The notes beneath the pieces are model-generated. The model did not search any database, was not told where the DNA came from, and worked only from the letters and a program-made list of their open reading frames with translations. From Dicyema japonicum (Eukaryota > Animalia > Dicyemida), in the NCBI GenBank assembly GCA_011109175.1, contig RDEW01000051.1, forward strand, positions 242,685 to 306,684: a DNA stretch of 64,000 nt. The letters run 5' to 3'. Below, piece by piece: positions 12,851 through 25,900 of this stretch. Position numbers and translations under genes: made by a program. How positions within the stretch are numbered: the stretch's first letter is position 1; each line of letters opens with the position of its first letter.

Positions 12851-13439
12851 AATACCGTCAAGAACCATTCAGTGACGAAAATCAATTCTAAATGGCTTGA
12901 AAGTAGTTAATATGGTCTCTCTGCAAGATTCAACGTTCAACCCATTGTTGTTGAGACAAGTGGTCTTCGGACCCAAGACGGTCTTTTTTCTAAGATTGCT
13001 TGGGTCTATGATCTCTAAAGTCAGCAACAAGCGTATTAACAATGTTTTAAGGTTTTGGATTTGCATCTAAAAAATGTGCAATTTGAATATGAATGTTAAT
13101 ATTTCCCAGTGAAAGTGTGAAATATAAAATTGACTATTGTTTTTAGTACGTCGAATCCAAAGTGAGCGAGAAATCAGATATATATGCTCCTCTGTACTTG
13201 ATGTTTTTAAATTTTAATAAATTTAGTTTTTATCAACTTTAGAAATGTATAATAAATTAATAAACTGTTTTTTTGATTTTAGCTGTTATTTATAAGTAAG
13301 TTATTATAAAAGAAAAAGCACTGTAAATTAAGTGATGAGGAAGTAATATGTCACATGGTTGGCTGGATGCTAATGGGCATCCTGTTTTTCTGTGTTTCCA
13401 TGGTAACAAGCTAGCAATTGCTAGATTTAACAAAGAATT

Positions 13440-14430
13440 TATTTAAAATAATAAAAAACAATTATTTTTTAAGTCTTGACATTAAAACCGATCTTCTTCA
13501 TTAGCAAGTTCTTACAGTTCTTTTTTGTTCTCATTCAAAACAGGATCTTGCATGATATCTTCATTAGCAAATTAATCAAGACATTTTTTTGTGTCTTCTT
13601 TACTTCATGTGTGAGATATCATAATTATGGCCTTCCGTAAATTCACAAATTTTTTTTTAAATCAAGAACTTCTATAAAATCCAAAATAAGCCTTTTTCAC
13701 AATAATAATTAAAGTTTTTGATTTTGCCTTAATTCATTGGTTGATGCAGTTGTGTTTTTTGGAAGAAATAAAATTTTAATTTTTAAAAAATTTCGTTAAA
13801 ATGTGGCTTGGAGTATTATCTATCAGTAAAAAGAACTTTTTCCCTCAATATCTTAATTCATCGCTAAGATACTGATGAATATTAAAAAGTTCTTTTGTTA
13901 TCCGAACCCTTTTATTTGCATAGTAAATAATTTCCAAAATCTTTTAAATCTCGGTCTTTGATTCTCACATTTGCTTTATGCCTATTTTTTATATGAAATT
14001 GTTCTAGAAAAGAAAGATTAAAAAAAGATTCCAGTTTCATCCATGTTTAGCAATACGTAAGGGTCAATTCTTTTAACTTATCAATCATATTTTTCTATTC
14101 AAATTAATTTCATCTTGTGTTAAGCTTTTTGGTTCCCCCATGAAGAACTTTTAGTTTAAGATTAAATCCTCCTTTGAATCTGTGTAGCCTTTACTAAATT
14201 CCAGACCATTGATTCAACCTTTTCACCAAATACCTTAGCTTTTGAAATGATGAAATCTTCAGTAATACACCATCGATTGCATCCATCCTTGAAATCCAAT
14301 CAACAAGGGAATATCAAGTTCACAGTTTTTGTTTTTAAGAATGTTTGAGTTTCGAAATTCCCTGATAATGTTTAATTTTTATTTCACAGATATGGGATAA
14401 TTCTTTTCTCGGAGAATTAGGAATAATTAT
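13440..14430 (-). mobile_element. pogo/Tigger DDE transposase pseudogene
   Basis: CENP-B-like WISRMDAIDGV/TEDFIISKAKVFGEKV/LEFSKG, then LLNMDETG, LLIDNTPSH, FLPKNTT; many frameshifts. Confidence 0.8.
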
Positions 14431-14479
14431 AGTCATTTTTGAAATCTATTTTTTCCATGCAATAGAAATTTCGGTCCTC

Positions 14480-14690
14480 TATATAACCATGTGGCACTGT
14501 AAGACTTCAAATATGAAATGCTTCGCTTCCTAAAGAAACTTGGACGCCTAGCTACACTAAAAAGCCACGACGTACGTGAGACCCAATGGCTTCTCCAGTT
14601 GATCTCTGTAGCAATCGTGAGAGGCAACGCAACGTCGATAATGTCGGCGGGGTTCACTTTGGATGGATGGCTGTGTTTATTAATTATTAA
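14480..14690 (+). mobile_element. CRE-like (restriction-like endonuclease) non-LTR retrotransposon 3' end
   Basis: FLKKLGRLATLKSHDVRETQWLLQLISVAIVRGNATSI, matching the QRxSxAIxRGNA C-terminal motif; near-identical to 61815-61930. Confidence 0.8.
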
Positions 14691-15059
14691 TTATTTAAAA
14701 TAAAAACAAAATTAATTAATCCGAAATTTTTAATAAATGTAAATTTTTAATAAATGTCTTTCGGATTGTGAAGTTTCAGTTTATTGATGCCTGTTTGTAA
14801 GAAAACTTGGTAAAATTTAGCTGACTCATCGAAAAAATTCGGATTATTGAGGGTTTACTGTATTTGGATTCAAACTTTTCAAGCATCAATTCTGGGTTAG
14901 TTCCGTAATCTTTCGCGATTCGTACCTTAATTAAGTAGACTATAAATTTACTTGATCTCTAATGGCATAATTGTACTTACTACAATGTACATCCATTCTT
15001 CTATTCATCCGTCGATGGTATTCGTCGTCACCCCCAATTGGTGTTATCTCAAAATCAAA

Positions 15060-15700
15060 GAATTCTACAAAATTTTAATTTATAAATTAAAAACCGCTAT
15101 TAATTCGATGAGCCGATTCAGAAATAGTTGAAACGTCATTAACTCTTGTCACTGATTCTAAAATTAAGTCTAAATGTCCGCATTCGATCATTTGTAAGGG
15201 ATTTGTTTCAAAAATTCCGCAATACCGTTTGAATGGCGTCTCATTTGAAAAAGAGTGTATGGTTGTATTGTAGCAGTAAACTGCATATTCTGGAATCGAC
15301 ACCCATTCCTTTTGATTCCCATCAATAAGTTTAGATATTGATCTTGTTGATTGAAGCGTTCCACTATTTCCATTTATATCCTTGGTTGACACTGAAATTT
15401 TTTTAGATCGATTAGATCAATCTGAAAACGCTCATTTGGAGCAGACGCAAAAACATGATCGTTTTCGTCACAGTCTAAGCAGTTATTTGAAAAAGATAAC
15501 CTTAAAGGAAGCGAAAACTTAAAACCTCAAAATCATTAATAACTTTTCTTATTACGGAACTCTTTACTATGAAATAGTTCCGACTGCAGAGACTTCGATT
15601 TATTGATTCTCCGTGAGAGATCAGATGGAGGGATCTGGCATGGGTTTCCATCTCGGATTCACAGTCCGAGGAATAATCAATTTTCTGTGTTTCCGTTCAA
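15060..15700 (-). mobile_element. Ty3/gypsy-type integrase fragment
   Basis: EIVERFN and KEWVSIPEYAVYCYNTTIHSFSNETPF integrase-core motifs. Confidence 0.65.
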
Positions 15701-16808
15701 GAAAAGTCTAAATTAAATCAGGATTAAACTTATAGTTTCTAAGCGAAAAATAAGAGGCCTTTTCTCGTACTCTCCGTTTCATTTGAGTACTTACATCTTC
15801 AGGATCGATTCCACACAAGATCTGTTTAATTTTTTCATATTCGACAAGATCTCTGATATAACTCCTAAATTGAGACATAAAAAATCACTAAAGGCTTCAA
15901 GCAGCCCATGTGACATAAAATGAAACAGTAGTGCATGTACCGACTTTTACCCCGACAGTCTCCCCAAAAAATCCGTAAACATATAATTATTTTTGAAGAT
16001 AAGTGCCAGATACTTTAGTGCGGTTTTGAATCCTCGAATAAGATTTTCGATTGTTCCGCCAACCTTGCAATTTTTCCTTCCAACCATTAGGGAACATACG
16101 AGGATTTATCCCGTAAGCAAGCTTTAGAGCCAAATTACGCGTTTTCTCAGATTTCTTGAGGATAGAGTCTCATTTTCGAAAGCGTTGAAGACATAAACAA
16201 AGGTCTCCGACTCGAGCTTAATTTTCTAACGCAGAACGAGCGTTCGTAGCTTTTTTCTTTAGCATGTTCCATAAGCTGTTGTTTCAAAATTCTTTGATTA
16301 TATATTATTTATTACATTATTTTAAATTTGTTATATTAAATAAATTACATAATTTATTGAAAATTATATAATTTATTTTTATGCCATAAAACTATAATTC
16401 TTCAAATAGTTCATGAGATCACCTCCTCGCGGCGAGATTCGGATGTTTTGTTGTATATAATAACTTTCACAATTTCTTTCCCATTGGATCTTCTCTTCAA
16501 CGGGATCTTTCACTCCTTTTCACAAATCTCTTGCCTCATCGGAGACGTCGACATAACCTGGGACTGTCGGAATACCTAACAGTTGAGTTGACCTCCTAAA
16601 AGTTGCGAAATCTTGGCTAATAACTAACTCATCAAGAAATCAAGAGTGCAGCGAGCAAGTTCTCTTCGGAAGATGCCGAGGAATTTCACTGCAAGGCATA
16701 AGCTTAAGAGATGATATTATTAGTAATATTTTGCTTCGTGGAGGAATATTACGGTGATTACGGCTTATGGAAATCATTAAATTTGGGGGAAATCGCAGAA
16801 AAGTAATT

Positions 16809-17444
16809 ATGGTCGACGAACGGACAGCGAGGATTGAATATGAGCGCAACCTAATAAAAAGAGTATTTCATATATTTTAATTTAGAATGGATATAATGTC
16901 GAATTTGAGGACAAAGTACCATACACAGTATACGCACAGTTGCCGGGATCACGAATGTCCCCGTATTTTAGCGGAATATACAAACTCGACATTTTAATAT
17001 CAAACCGTTACCCACACGACCCCCCTTCTGTATTCTTCGAAACCAAAATATGGCACCCAAATGTATGCAAAAACTCGGGACATGTCTTTTCAGATATTTT
17101 AACCACCAAATGGTACCCCACTTTGTTTACATCAATAGGCAACCTTCCTTCACGATTTACCATGTCCTTAAACACGTGCAAGACCTCCTAGCTAACCCAG
17201 ATTTTGAAAGAAGATTGAACCTGGACTGCGACAGAAAACCAAGTTTGGTTGACTACCAAAGAACAGCCGAATACTGGACTTACTATTATGCTCAAGGTAT
17301 CCAAGTGGATTTACTTTAGGCTTATTTGTAAACAGAAATTTAGTGGACATCCATAAAGACTTGATCGAAGAGGGATACGACGAGGAAGAAGTACTGTTGG
17401 AATTGTCCCGCAATAATTGGGACCTCTCTGATTTATTAGATTAA
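16809..17444 (+). CDS. UBE2K: UBE2K/E2-25K-like ubiquitin-conjugating enzyme with C-terminal UBA; catalytic Cys appears replaced by Phe
   Basis: Four exons joined by 23-, 26- and 23-nt introns: MVDERTARIEYERNLIKR/NGYNVEF..SPYFSGIYKLDILISNRYPHDPPSVFFETKIWHPNVCKNSGHVFSDILTTKW/QPSFTIYHVLKHVQDLL..YQRTAEYWTYYYAQ/..EEEVLLELSRNNWDLSDLLD*. Confidence 0.8.
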
Positions 17445-17619
17445 TTTAATAAATTGTTATTTATAATTAAAAAAAATTAAAAATTATTTAAAATAAATAT
17501 TAGTTTTTTCACATTTAATTATAAATTATTCTTAAATAAGTAATGCCAGTAAAATTTAGTTTAATTTTAATTATTTTTAGAATGTCAATTAAAATTTAAT
17601 TATTTGAAATAAAAACGTG

Positions 17620-18253
17620 TTTTTAGTTGCTTCCGAACATTGCCGAGATAGCATTAGAGCTGGTTTCGCATCATTTTGCTTTGATATTACGTGAATTCTC
17701 ATTTCAGCTGTTTTATGAACGATTTATAACAATTATTTTTAATCAAAGTTTGACATATCGTGACTGCTCTCAAAAATTGAAAACCCAGCCCCCTAATGAG
17801 CCAGCTTCTCTCTCGTTTATCCCTTTTTCTATCTCCCGAAACACAATCCTATTCAGCAGGGCTACTCCCTATGATCCTCGCTTATGCCGGTACCACGCTT
17901 CACTAACAGCTATTATGACGTAGTGGTTTATTTTATGCTGTGATCCTCACCAGTCAGTGGAATTCGCAAAATTTTACAATATTGCGCTTTTCGAGCAATT
18001 ACTCTGCAAATCAAACAATTCAACAAAATTATCAATTTTAAACGTCAATAAATCATTTGGGGAAATTTTTAAAAAGGCGACGTTTTGAATTTTTGGCCGC
18101 ATATTCTTTGTTCTCTTTGAGATGCTTTTCAATCTCGGCCTTTTCACGTCGTTTAAATACACGCTTCACTTTCCTTTTCCATTTTTTCTTTTCCCTGGGG
18201 GATGAAAAATGTCTCCCAAATTCCAGACTGCAATCATCAGTGATTCTATCCAT
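17620..18253 (-). CDS. Hypothetical basic/charged protein
   Basis: ORF MDRITDDCSLEFGRHFSSPREKKKWKRKVKRVFKRREKAEIEK.. plus downstream open stretch GDRKRDKRERSWLIRGLGFQFL; joins unresolved. Confidence 0.35.
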
Positions 18254-18357
18254 TTCTACTTGCTATGTAAAATCTGTATTTATATTGGGGGTGATCTACG
18301 GTATTACATAATTTTACTATGTTTGACTTCACGGCATTGATTGTCCCTGATTTAGTT

Positions 18358-18640
18358 CATTAACCCCCACCGAGAAGGAAGTCATGGCTAACTACTAGTT
18401 CCCACGGTCACACAAGAAGGGATATTTTCCAACGTAGCACATGAGTCTACCTAGAACTAGTGGAAATGGAAGAAAGCATCCAGTCGTTTCAGTTGTGGGA
18501 ACCCCTCCAATGGAGTGGGGGAGCGAATAATCTTTTATCGCACCACCATAGGATTGGGCTCCACCTGAGACGGGTGGATGATATGACGCCTGCACAGTGT
18601 TATTTCTGCTCAGTGCCCTGTTTGCCAAGTAAGAGATATT
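18358..18640 (-). mobile_element. SINE1 family copy
   Basis: Core GGCGTCATATCATCCACCCGTCTCAGG and tail GACCGTGGGAACT..CTTCTCGGTGGGGGTTAA on the minus strand. Confidence 0.75.
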
Positions 18641-18659
18641 CATTAATAAATTAATTTAT

Positions 18660-19180
18660 TTATTTAACAACCCGAGACCACGGTAAAACCAAACTAATTA
18701 TCACGTGATCTCTACATTCCAACAGCGACCTCATCTTTGCCCGGTTTTTCTTCCCTCGTGCCAACGCATGATCGTATAGAACGGATGACTTATCTTTCTG
18801 GGCCACATTCCCGTAATTTGGAATCTAGTCTCATAAGGGCCCCCAGAGGCAAGATATGGACGGTCTCCACGAGGCGCATTCAGGTGATCGCGGCCTCCTT
18901 CAGCAGTCTTTGCATGCTCGAGCATGAAGGAAGTGCCGTCCAAGGGGAAGCCCTCTGTATGGGTGTTGCCTTATGGTCCTTTTTGGATATAATTTAGGAC
19001 TGGCGCCACCAGAGAACCACATGACGCACGCTAACAATTTGGAGCAAAAGGAAAGAGGAACAGAAGAAACAAAAAATTCAAGCATCCGCATAGCACTACA
19101 CAAACGTTGCCGCCACGTGGCATAGTTGCCCGATTTATTTATTTGGAACACCGGGATGACCGAGAAAAAAGAAAAAACGT
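18660..19180 (-). mobile_element. Jockey/I-like LINE 3' fragment (ORF2 ending GIT*-like)
   Basis: 3' end GACCACGGTAAAACCAAACTAATTATCACGTGAT shared with 39151-39186. Confidence 0.7.
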
Positions 19181-19307
19181 CAGAGTTGCCCGATAAACTT
19201 TTTAATGGATTAAAAAATATTATGTTGATATTTATTAAATAATATTTTTTTAATTAAATTTTAGTTTAAATTTGTGGTTTGATACACGGTTTGGAAGTTT
19301 TTCTGGT

Positions 19308-20527
19308 ATGCGTTCCCTATCAATTCTAATATTTCTGATATCTCTAAGTATTATTATGTGCTATTTCCTCAGGAATATCAGTCTCTCCTAAGGGGGATAT
19401 GATCATCACAAAAGGGAGCACTCTCACGGTGAAGATTAACCCCAACTCAATTCTAAATATCTACAACTATTGGGGTGCTGATGTCTGCTACAGTGATGCC
19501 GGAGATCTGTCCTCAAGGTGTATTTACCAGACTTTTTCGAACTCCTCTGGGTTATTCGCTTCATTTAGTAACGTCCCCTTCTATAATGGGGGGATCTACA
19601 CTGTCACCGACAATCAGGATGAGAAATTGCATATCCTCGTTATCGGTTGCTGCTCATATTTATCAGTAGGTCCCCAACCTTACAGTGTGAGGCCAACAAC
19701 TCTCCGATGATCGTCGAGACTGTCGGGAACTCAATTTCTTGTTCCCTCAAGTTCAATAAACAGCCAAAGGGAGATCATACTCCTTCCTTTAGCTCACGCT
19801 TCTCTCTCGCAGGGGTTGACCTAGATTACACCTACAAGACTGTTAACACCGAGGACTCTTTTACAAGCCTCGAGTACGAAATTCAAGTCAGGAGGTTCGG
19901 TCGACAGCACAGCCACGGAATTTTCAACTGTCGGTTTTCAGTTTCGTTCGGGACCGCGCTGAAATTCCTGGATTGCAATGATCACTTTCATCTGAACGGT
20001 ACCCATAGTTCTGATGGCAGCCAAACCTCTCCTTCTGAGGATTGTGGACCATAAATACTCCGCGGACGCCGTGGAGTTTAAGTGCGAGACAGACGGGAAT
20101 CACTACCCCACTGATATCTTCTTCACATGGTTTTTGAACGGACAACCCCTTCGACCTAAGCTGCTGAATGAAGCGGGAGATGACGTGGTCATTGGGTACA
20201 CCACCTTCTCACATCGACGGAATCTGACTTGTGTCGGCCGAAATTCCGTGGGGTCATCCTCGATTTCGATCGCATGTTGTAGTTTGCAGTGAATTTAGTC
20301 AATTTGCCCCCTCACGATGTGAATGCCCCCAGTTTGGAGTCAAAAGGTCTTTTATTTAAATCACAGTAGCTCCCCTGGTCTTCAAAATAACTTCTGTGGC
20401 GACAGTGGTTATGATTATGCTGCTTGGAATTTACCTAAAATTTGTCGGTAAGCTTATCTTGTGAGCTACAGTGAAGTCGTGTCCCCCACGTGACCGGGAA
20501 CAGCAAAGCTTTATTCGAAATGCCTAA
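19308..20527 (+). CDS. Type I membrane protein with signal peptide, about 3 Ig-like domains, one TM helix and short cytoplasmic tail
   Basis: Seven exons with 20-25-nt introns; MRSLSILIFLISL signal; canonical Ig domain FKCETDGNHYPTDIFFTWFLNG..LTCVGRNSVGS; TM ITSVATVVMIMLLGIYLKFV; tail KSCPPRDREQQSFIRNA*; one C-run frameshift at 19672-19675. Confidence 0.8.
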
Positions 20528-20704
20528 AACTGAATTTTTATTTTTTACATTTTAGAATATTTTTAATAATTATTTCGATTTTAATCGATTTAATGGTATT
20601 CAATATATTAGACATTTTTTGGATTATTTGGAAGTCGGCATTATCGTTTAATTTTTACAATCAGTTAAATAATTGGGGGATTGAGTCACCTGACGCCAGC
20701 GAGC

Positions 20705-20780
20705 AGAGATCAGGTAGTGGTTAGTGCTCTAGCTTCCGTTGCATTTAGATGTGGGTTGATTCCCGTATTGATACTTACTT
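20705..20780 (+). mobile_element. tRNA-like SINE head (Pol III A/B boxes)
   Basis: GGTAGTGGTTAG and GGGTTGATTCCC at tRNA-like spacing; no acceptor stem. Confidence 0.45.
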
Positions 20781-21699
20781 GGTAGAAGGATTCACTCTCT
20801 GCTTTTGGCTCTCAATTATTTATCGAGTCTATAGGGGTTAGTTAATACAGGTGACATAACTGAAGGCGACAGCTAACAAAAATAATATGCGCTACATGAG
20901 ATCTCACTGTGTTTCTATAGCAACCATTAATGAACAATTTTATTTAGTTCTTTCACACTAACTAGCTGTCTTGTTCTACTTTCATTGATAATTTAAGTCG
21001 ATTGTGTCCCAATTTTACATTCATCGGTTAACATTTCTTTATATCAGTGATCCAGAGTAAAATAGTCAATTCCGACAGAGCGTCCAACATCCTTCACAAC
21101 TCCATTAAGAACCAGTTAACATTTCTCCATTCGATGCTAGTTTAACTTGCGACCGTTAATTCTTAGGAAACGAAAGGAATAAAATCTAAAAATTACCGAC
21201 ATCTCTGTGCTTCAATACGTAATGTAGGTTGACAAGCCTCTTTGATATGCGTAGTCCCACATTTGCGTGGTCTGATATCATTTAGATAGATAACGCGTAA
21301 TAGATTGGTTAGACCACGAACTCTTAAAAGGTCACATGGTACCTTGGTTTCTGTGGTTATTATAAGGACCGTGTATTTTAACCACATCAAATGGTCACAT
21401 GGTTCATCCAATGACTATTCTTAAACTCAGTCTCATTGTCGGACTGTAGACACTTGCAAGGGCCGAATTTATGAAAAATATGCCCTGAATCTTTCGCGGC
21501 ACATGTTCTCAAGAGTGTACATCCCACAATGAGTTGGTCCACACGCAACAACTAGCCCCCTTTACACCGGCCATCATAAACCTTGTTTCAAAATTTAGAA
21601 AAAATTCTTGACAAAAAGTAATTTTGGCCTGTTCGATTATCAACGTTCTCAACTCGTAGAAAAGCTCCGCCTCTTTATGGATTTTGATTTCCTTATTAT

Positions 21700-22043
21700 T
21701 ATCCCCGGGAACACCGATGAAGAGGTTAATAATCAACAACTAATTAAGTGTGCCAAGTTCCCACGGTTGCAGAAACACTGAAAAAAAAGTATGCTGATTT
21801 ACCTGATGGAGTGATGTTTACTCCACTTGCTGAGATTTCCGGTGCCATGGGAGCTTTGACGCCGAAATTTCTGAATTGACCTGGAAGTCAGTTAGGGTGA
21901 CTCTTTGCCATACCCCGTAGTCTGTCAAAATTCTCCCTGCCCTTAAGCTTTTCCCGATTTCTTTAAGGTCATCGTCAAGGATAGTCGGTAGGGTTGTCCT
22001 TGGTCGACCACGGAAATACAGAGCTTCCAGAACAAACTAATCC
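21700..22043 (-). mobile_element. RTE C-terminal fragment joined to SINE1/LINE tail; truncated by the gap
   Basis: FRGRPRTTLPTILDDDLKEIGKSLR, then ACCGTGGGAACT..CACTTAATTAGTTG..CGGTGTTCCCGGGGATAATAATAA. Confidence 0.7.
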
Positions 22044-22598
22044 NNNNNNNNNNNNNNNNNNNNNNNNNNNNNNNNNNNNNNNNNNNNNNNNNNNNNNNNN
22101 NNNNNNNNNNNNNNNNNNNNNNNNNNNNNNNNNNNNNNNNNNNNNNNNNNNNNNNNNNNNNNNNNNNNNNNNNNNNNNNNNNNNNNNNNNNNNNNNNNNN
22201 NNNNNNNNNNNNNNNNNNNNNNNNNNNNNNNNNNNNNNNNNNNNNNNNNNNNNNNNNNNNNNNNNNNNNNNNNNNNNNNNNNNNNNNNNNNNNNNNNNNN
22301 NNNNNNNNNNNNNNNNNNNNNNNNNNNNNNNNNNNNNNNNNNNNNNNNNNNNNNNNNNNNNNNNNNNNNNNNNNNNNNNNNNNNNNNNNNNNNNNNNNNN
22401 NNNNNNNNNNNNNNNNNNNNNNNNNNNNNNNNNNNNNNNNNNNNNNNNNNNNNNNNNNNNNNNNNNNNNNNNNNNNNNNNNNNNNNNNNNNNNNNNNNNN
22501 NNNNNNNNNNNNNNNNNNNNNNNNNNNNNNNNNNNNNNNNNNNNNNNNNNNNNNNNNNNNNNNNNNNNNNNNNNNNNNNNNNNNNNNNNNNNNNNNNN
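22044..22598. other. Assembly gap (555 N)
   Basis: Run of N characters. Confidence 1.
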
Positions 22599-22949
22599 GT
22601 AGCACCTGTGAAATAGTAATAAAACCTGTTAGTTTGAAATGCTTGTTGAACGAAAGATTCAGTATAAAGCTGTTGTTAAAAAAATCGTGAGTTGATAGAA
22701 AATTCACCAGGATATTTTCTAATAAGTTTTATTTTTTCAAAGACCTTCCCGATATGAATGCGTCACAACAGTTGCTGTGACACGTTAGTATTTTATTCAA
22801 AAACTCTAAAAAATAAATAAAAAATAAACATTTTAATTTTATTGACCTAAAAATTAAATTTTTATTTTTTTGACATAACCTAAAATTTTGACTTTTTTGA
22901 ATATAACTTTTGATTTGTGCCGTGTGGTGACATGTGGCTACTTGATTGA

Positions 22950-25900
22950 AAATTTTTATTGCTTCCCTCTGGTGCCGTCTTTGGATCTACCTTACTCAGA
23001 AGACTCCCAATGTCTGGTCAGCATTTAAAAGGATCCAACTATTGATTCCACGGGAAGACAATTTCGTTTCTTGGGTACAAGTTCTGGAATCGACCTCAGC
23101 TTCCCAGACAACGTCCTCTGACTCACTGTTCTTAGATGAAGGCTCTGCTGGGACACTTCAGAATAAAGAAATTAGCTAGTTGTCTTACCCAGACTGAGTA
23201 TGCAGTGATCTTCACTAAAGGAATCAATCTACAAAAAATAGAGGCTTTCTAGAATTTAGAAACGCTATAAGTGCGCTCTATCATAAAAATCTGTCCATGT
23301 GGCATAAAGACCCAAAGTTTACAGGAATAGTATCATCCTTCTTGAACCTTGAGGACTCAGATGGAGAACTCACCAAAACTACTATGTGAGCCTCGCCAGA
23401 GACATTCAGCTACCTGAAATCGAGATTTACGCTAAAAATGAGAAAACAAGCAATGAAGAACCCAAACAAGGATGAACTTCTTTTGGGTCAAATATAGAGC
23501 TCAGACCGCCACTAGTAAAAATAAAGGCATTTTAATGATTTTGGTTAATATTGGAGTTGGCATCATTCTAAGTGTGAGACAGAAATACCATGTCAACGAC
23601 TTCATGACTGAATAGAGTGAATGATCTCCTTTGAGTCAAGTAATGGAGCAGAAAAGCTCGGAAAACGATGAGAAAATACTCGAAATTGAATTTCTAAGCA
23701 GATTACAAAGAATGGTAGGAAAACGAGTTTTGAAGAGATCTTTGAAAGGACAACCAAGTGAATTAAAGTTTAACGATGACGAATCTGAACTTGGTAAAAA
23801 GACAGAGACTTTGAATAAATCAACTCCTTTAATTCTTACGGACATTTTCAGCCAACGAACAAAAAAGATTATGTCCACCAACGGATTTACTGGAGAGCTC
23901 TTGAGTCTGTCGCTTACAAAGTAGAACTGACTTCAACCACTCCAACTTTTCAAAAAAACAGTTGACCGCCTCGCGACAAATGTGAAAGAGTACTTACCAT
24001 GAGGGCATAATGAAGTGCGGAAATGTGAGATGAGAAGACAGGAAACTCAGAACTCACTCAGTCCAATCTGTAGCGACAAATGACTGTATAGTTTCGAGTA
24101 AACACGACATCCATACAAATACTGCTCAAGTAGCAACAAACCGGATATTTTTGTTGACAAAACAATCAACCTTATTGAGATTTGGATAACCTCAAAATCG
24201 GCTAACGCGGATAGGAGTGGAAGAGTCGCATAAATATGACCTTCTGGTCAATGGGAATTATTCACGACGTGAAGTAGCTGCTATAAAAACTTGGGAATTT
24301 TCACAAAATTCTACAAGAGCCATATGGGCGCTTTCTGGAAAAAGGAAAAAATAGTACTCACTTCAGAATTTTTATATTTTGATGGACGATCTAAAAAAGG
24401 AATAGAAATCGTTGGTTATTTATTTAGTACTCCAGAATCACCGAGAGAGAAAGACGGAAAAAACGTAAGACAGTTAGGTGATCCGGTTCCTGTAATCAAT
24501 TGAGCCATCCAACGTCTGTGGTCTCCCAAAAACATGTGCTTAGCATGGTGTCTTGTGGTTCACCTGAAATGGTGTCACTCATTTCGGAAAAGAGCAAAAA
24601 AAGACATCAACTTATCTCCACCATTTGGTTGTTCCTTTAAAAATGCGACTAAAAAACTGATAACAAATAAATGCGGCACCTTCTCAGAGGTCGAACAGGC
24701 TCGAGGCAAGCATGCAGGTGATGTCCTAGAGGTTCCCGACTTCAAAGGGGAAGATGGTCATCCCAGTGGATCGTTTCCGGTCACGTCTACAAAGACCAGC
24801 TGGTTCGAGCATAGAAGGGTGTCCGATAGCGTCCAAAGCTCACTTAACGACTTCATTCGGGAGATCCGCCCACACTCTTACTGCAGGAGAGAGGATGCTG
24901 AGCAAAACAGTTAATCTGGTCTCCGCTTCGACCTGAATGCGCACACAGACTTTTAATCCGTGCCGTAATGAAATCGAATACGGACGAATTCATCACAAAA
25001 AAGGTACCCAAAATTCCATTAGGAATGGCATCCATTGCCACGTGGTGTTGAGTTTTCTAACGAAACTTTTATTACATCTCGTTTATTAGAACACAAGAAT
25101 CCTCGATCACTTGAAAAGTTAGTAAATTAAAAACCTAAAAAAAATGACAAAGGGATAAAAATAAGGATTTATTTCAATAATAACTGCCTAAAATCTGCAA
25201 ACTATTCAGGATTTTTTTATTCATATAAAGTTGCAGAAATTATTGAAAATACTGGTTTTTACATAAATAACCGCCATTGTTGCCAAACACTTCAATGTTT
25301 AATTCAGTTGGGGGTGAATATGCCAAGACCTCTTACAAAATCACAACAAAGGAAGTAACAAATACATTCATACGTCCAAAAGGCAATCGTTTAGTCGGCT
25401 ATGATGGCATCCCGGACGAGTTACTAAAACATGCTCTGGTTGGGAATATAATCACGGATATACTACACGATTCCATGGAACTTGACTGTCTACTTCCACT
25501 AGGGCACGTTTGTTGAGCCAATATTGCTACACAATTCCGGAACATTGAGAATTTCAAAAAACGAGAAATGCTAGATTCTTTTCACAGAAGCCAACTGCGC
25601 ATATGGACTGGAATCTTCTGGCCGAGAAAAATCTCAAACGAAGCACAATATGCTCTATGTAAATTTAGACCAATTGCATGGACGTTATTCTGTCCAAGTG
25701 GCAACTATTTGGACATATTCTTAGACTGGACCCGACTACGTCGTGTGAAAGAATAACGGAAGAATATTTATACTGCGGCGGAAGTCACGGATTTCGAGGC
25801 AGAAAAAGATCTCTTCGAATTTGCGTAAAAGATGATTACGAAACAACAGGTCGTAAATTGGTGACAGCAGACGATCTTGACAATGTTCGAATGAGGGCCA

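Noticed and set aside
21943-22707. Two long ORFs in the ORF track (254 and 202 aa)
   Set aside because: Artefacts of translating the 555-N gap.
23631-23924. 97-aa plus-strand ORF MSQVMEQKSSEN..
   Set aside because: Splice signals in this block point to a minus-strand gene; no recognisable motif, so probably an antisense shadow (not excluded).
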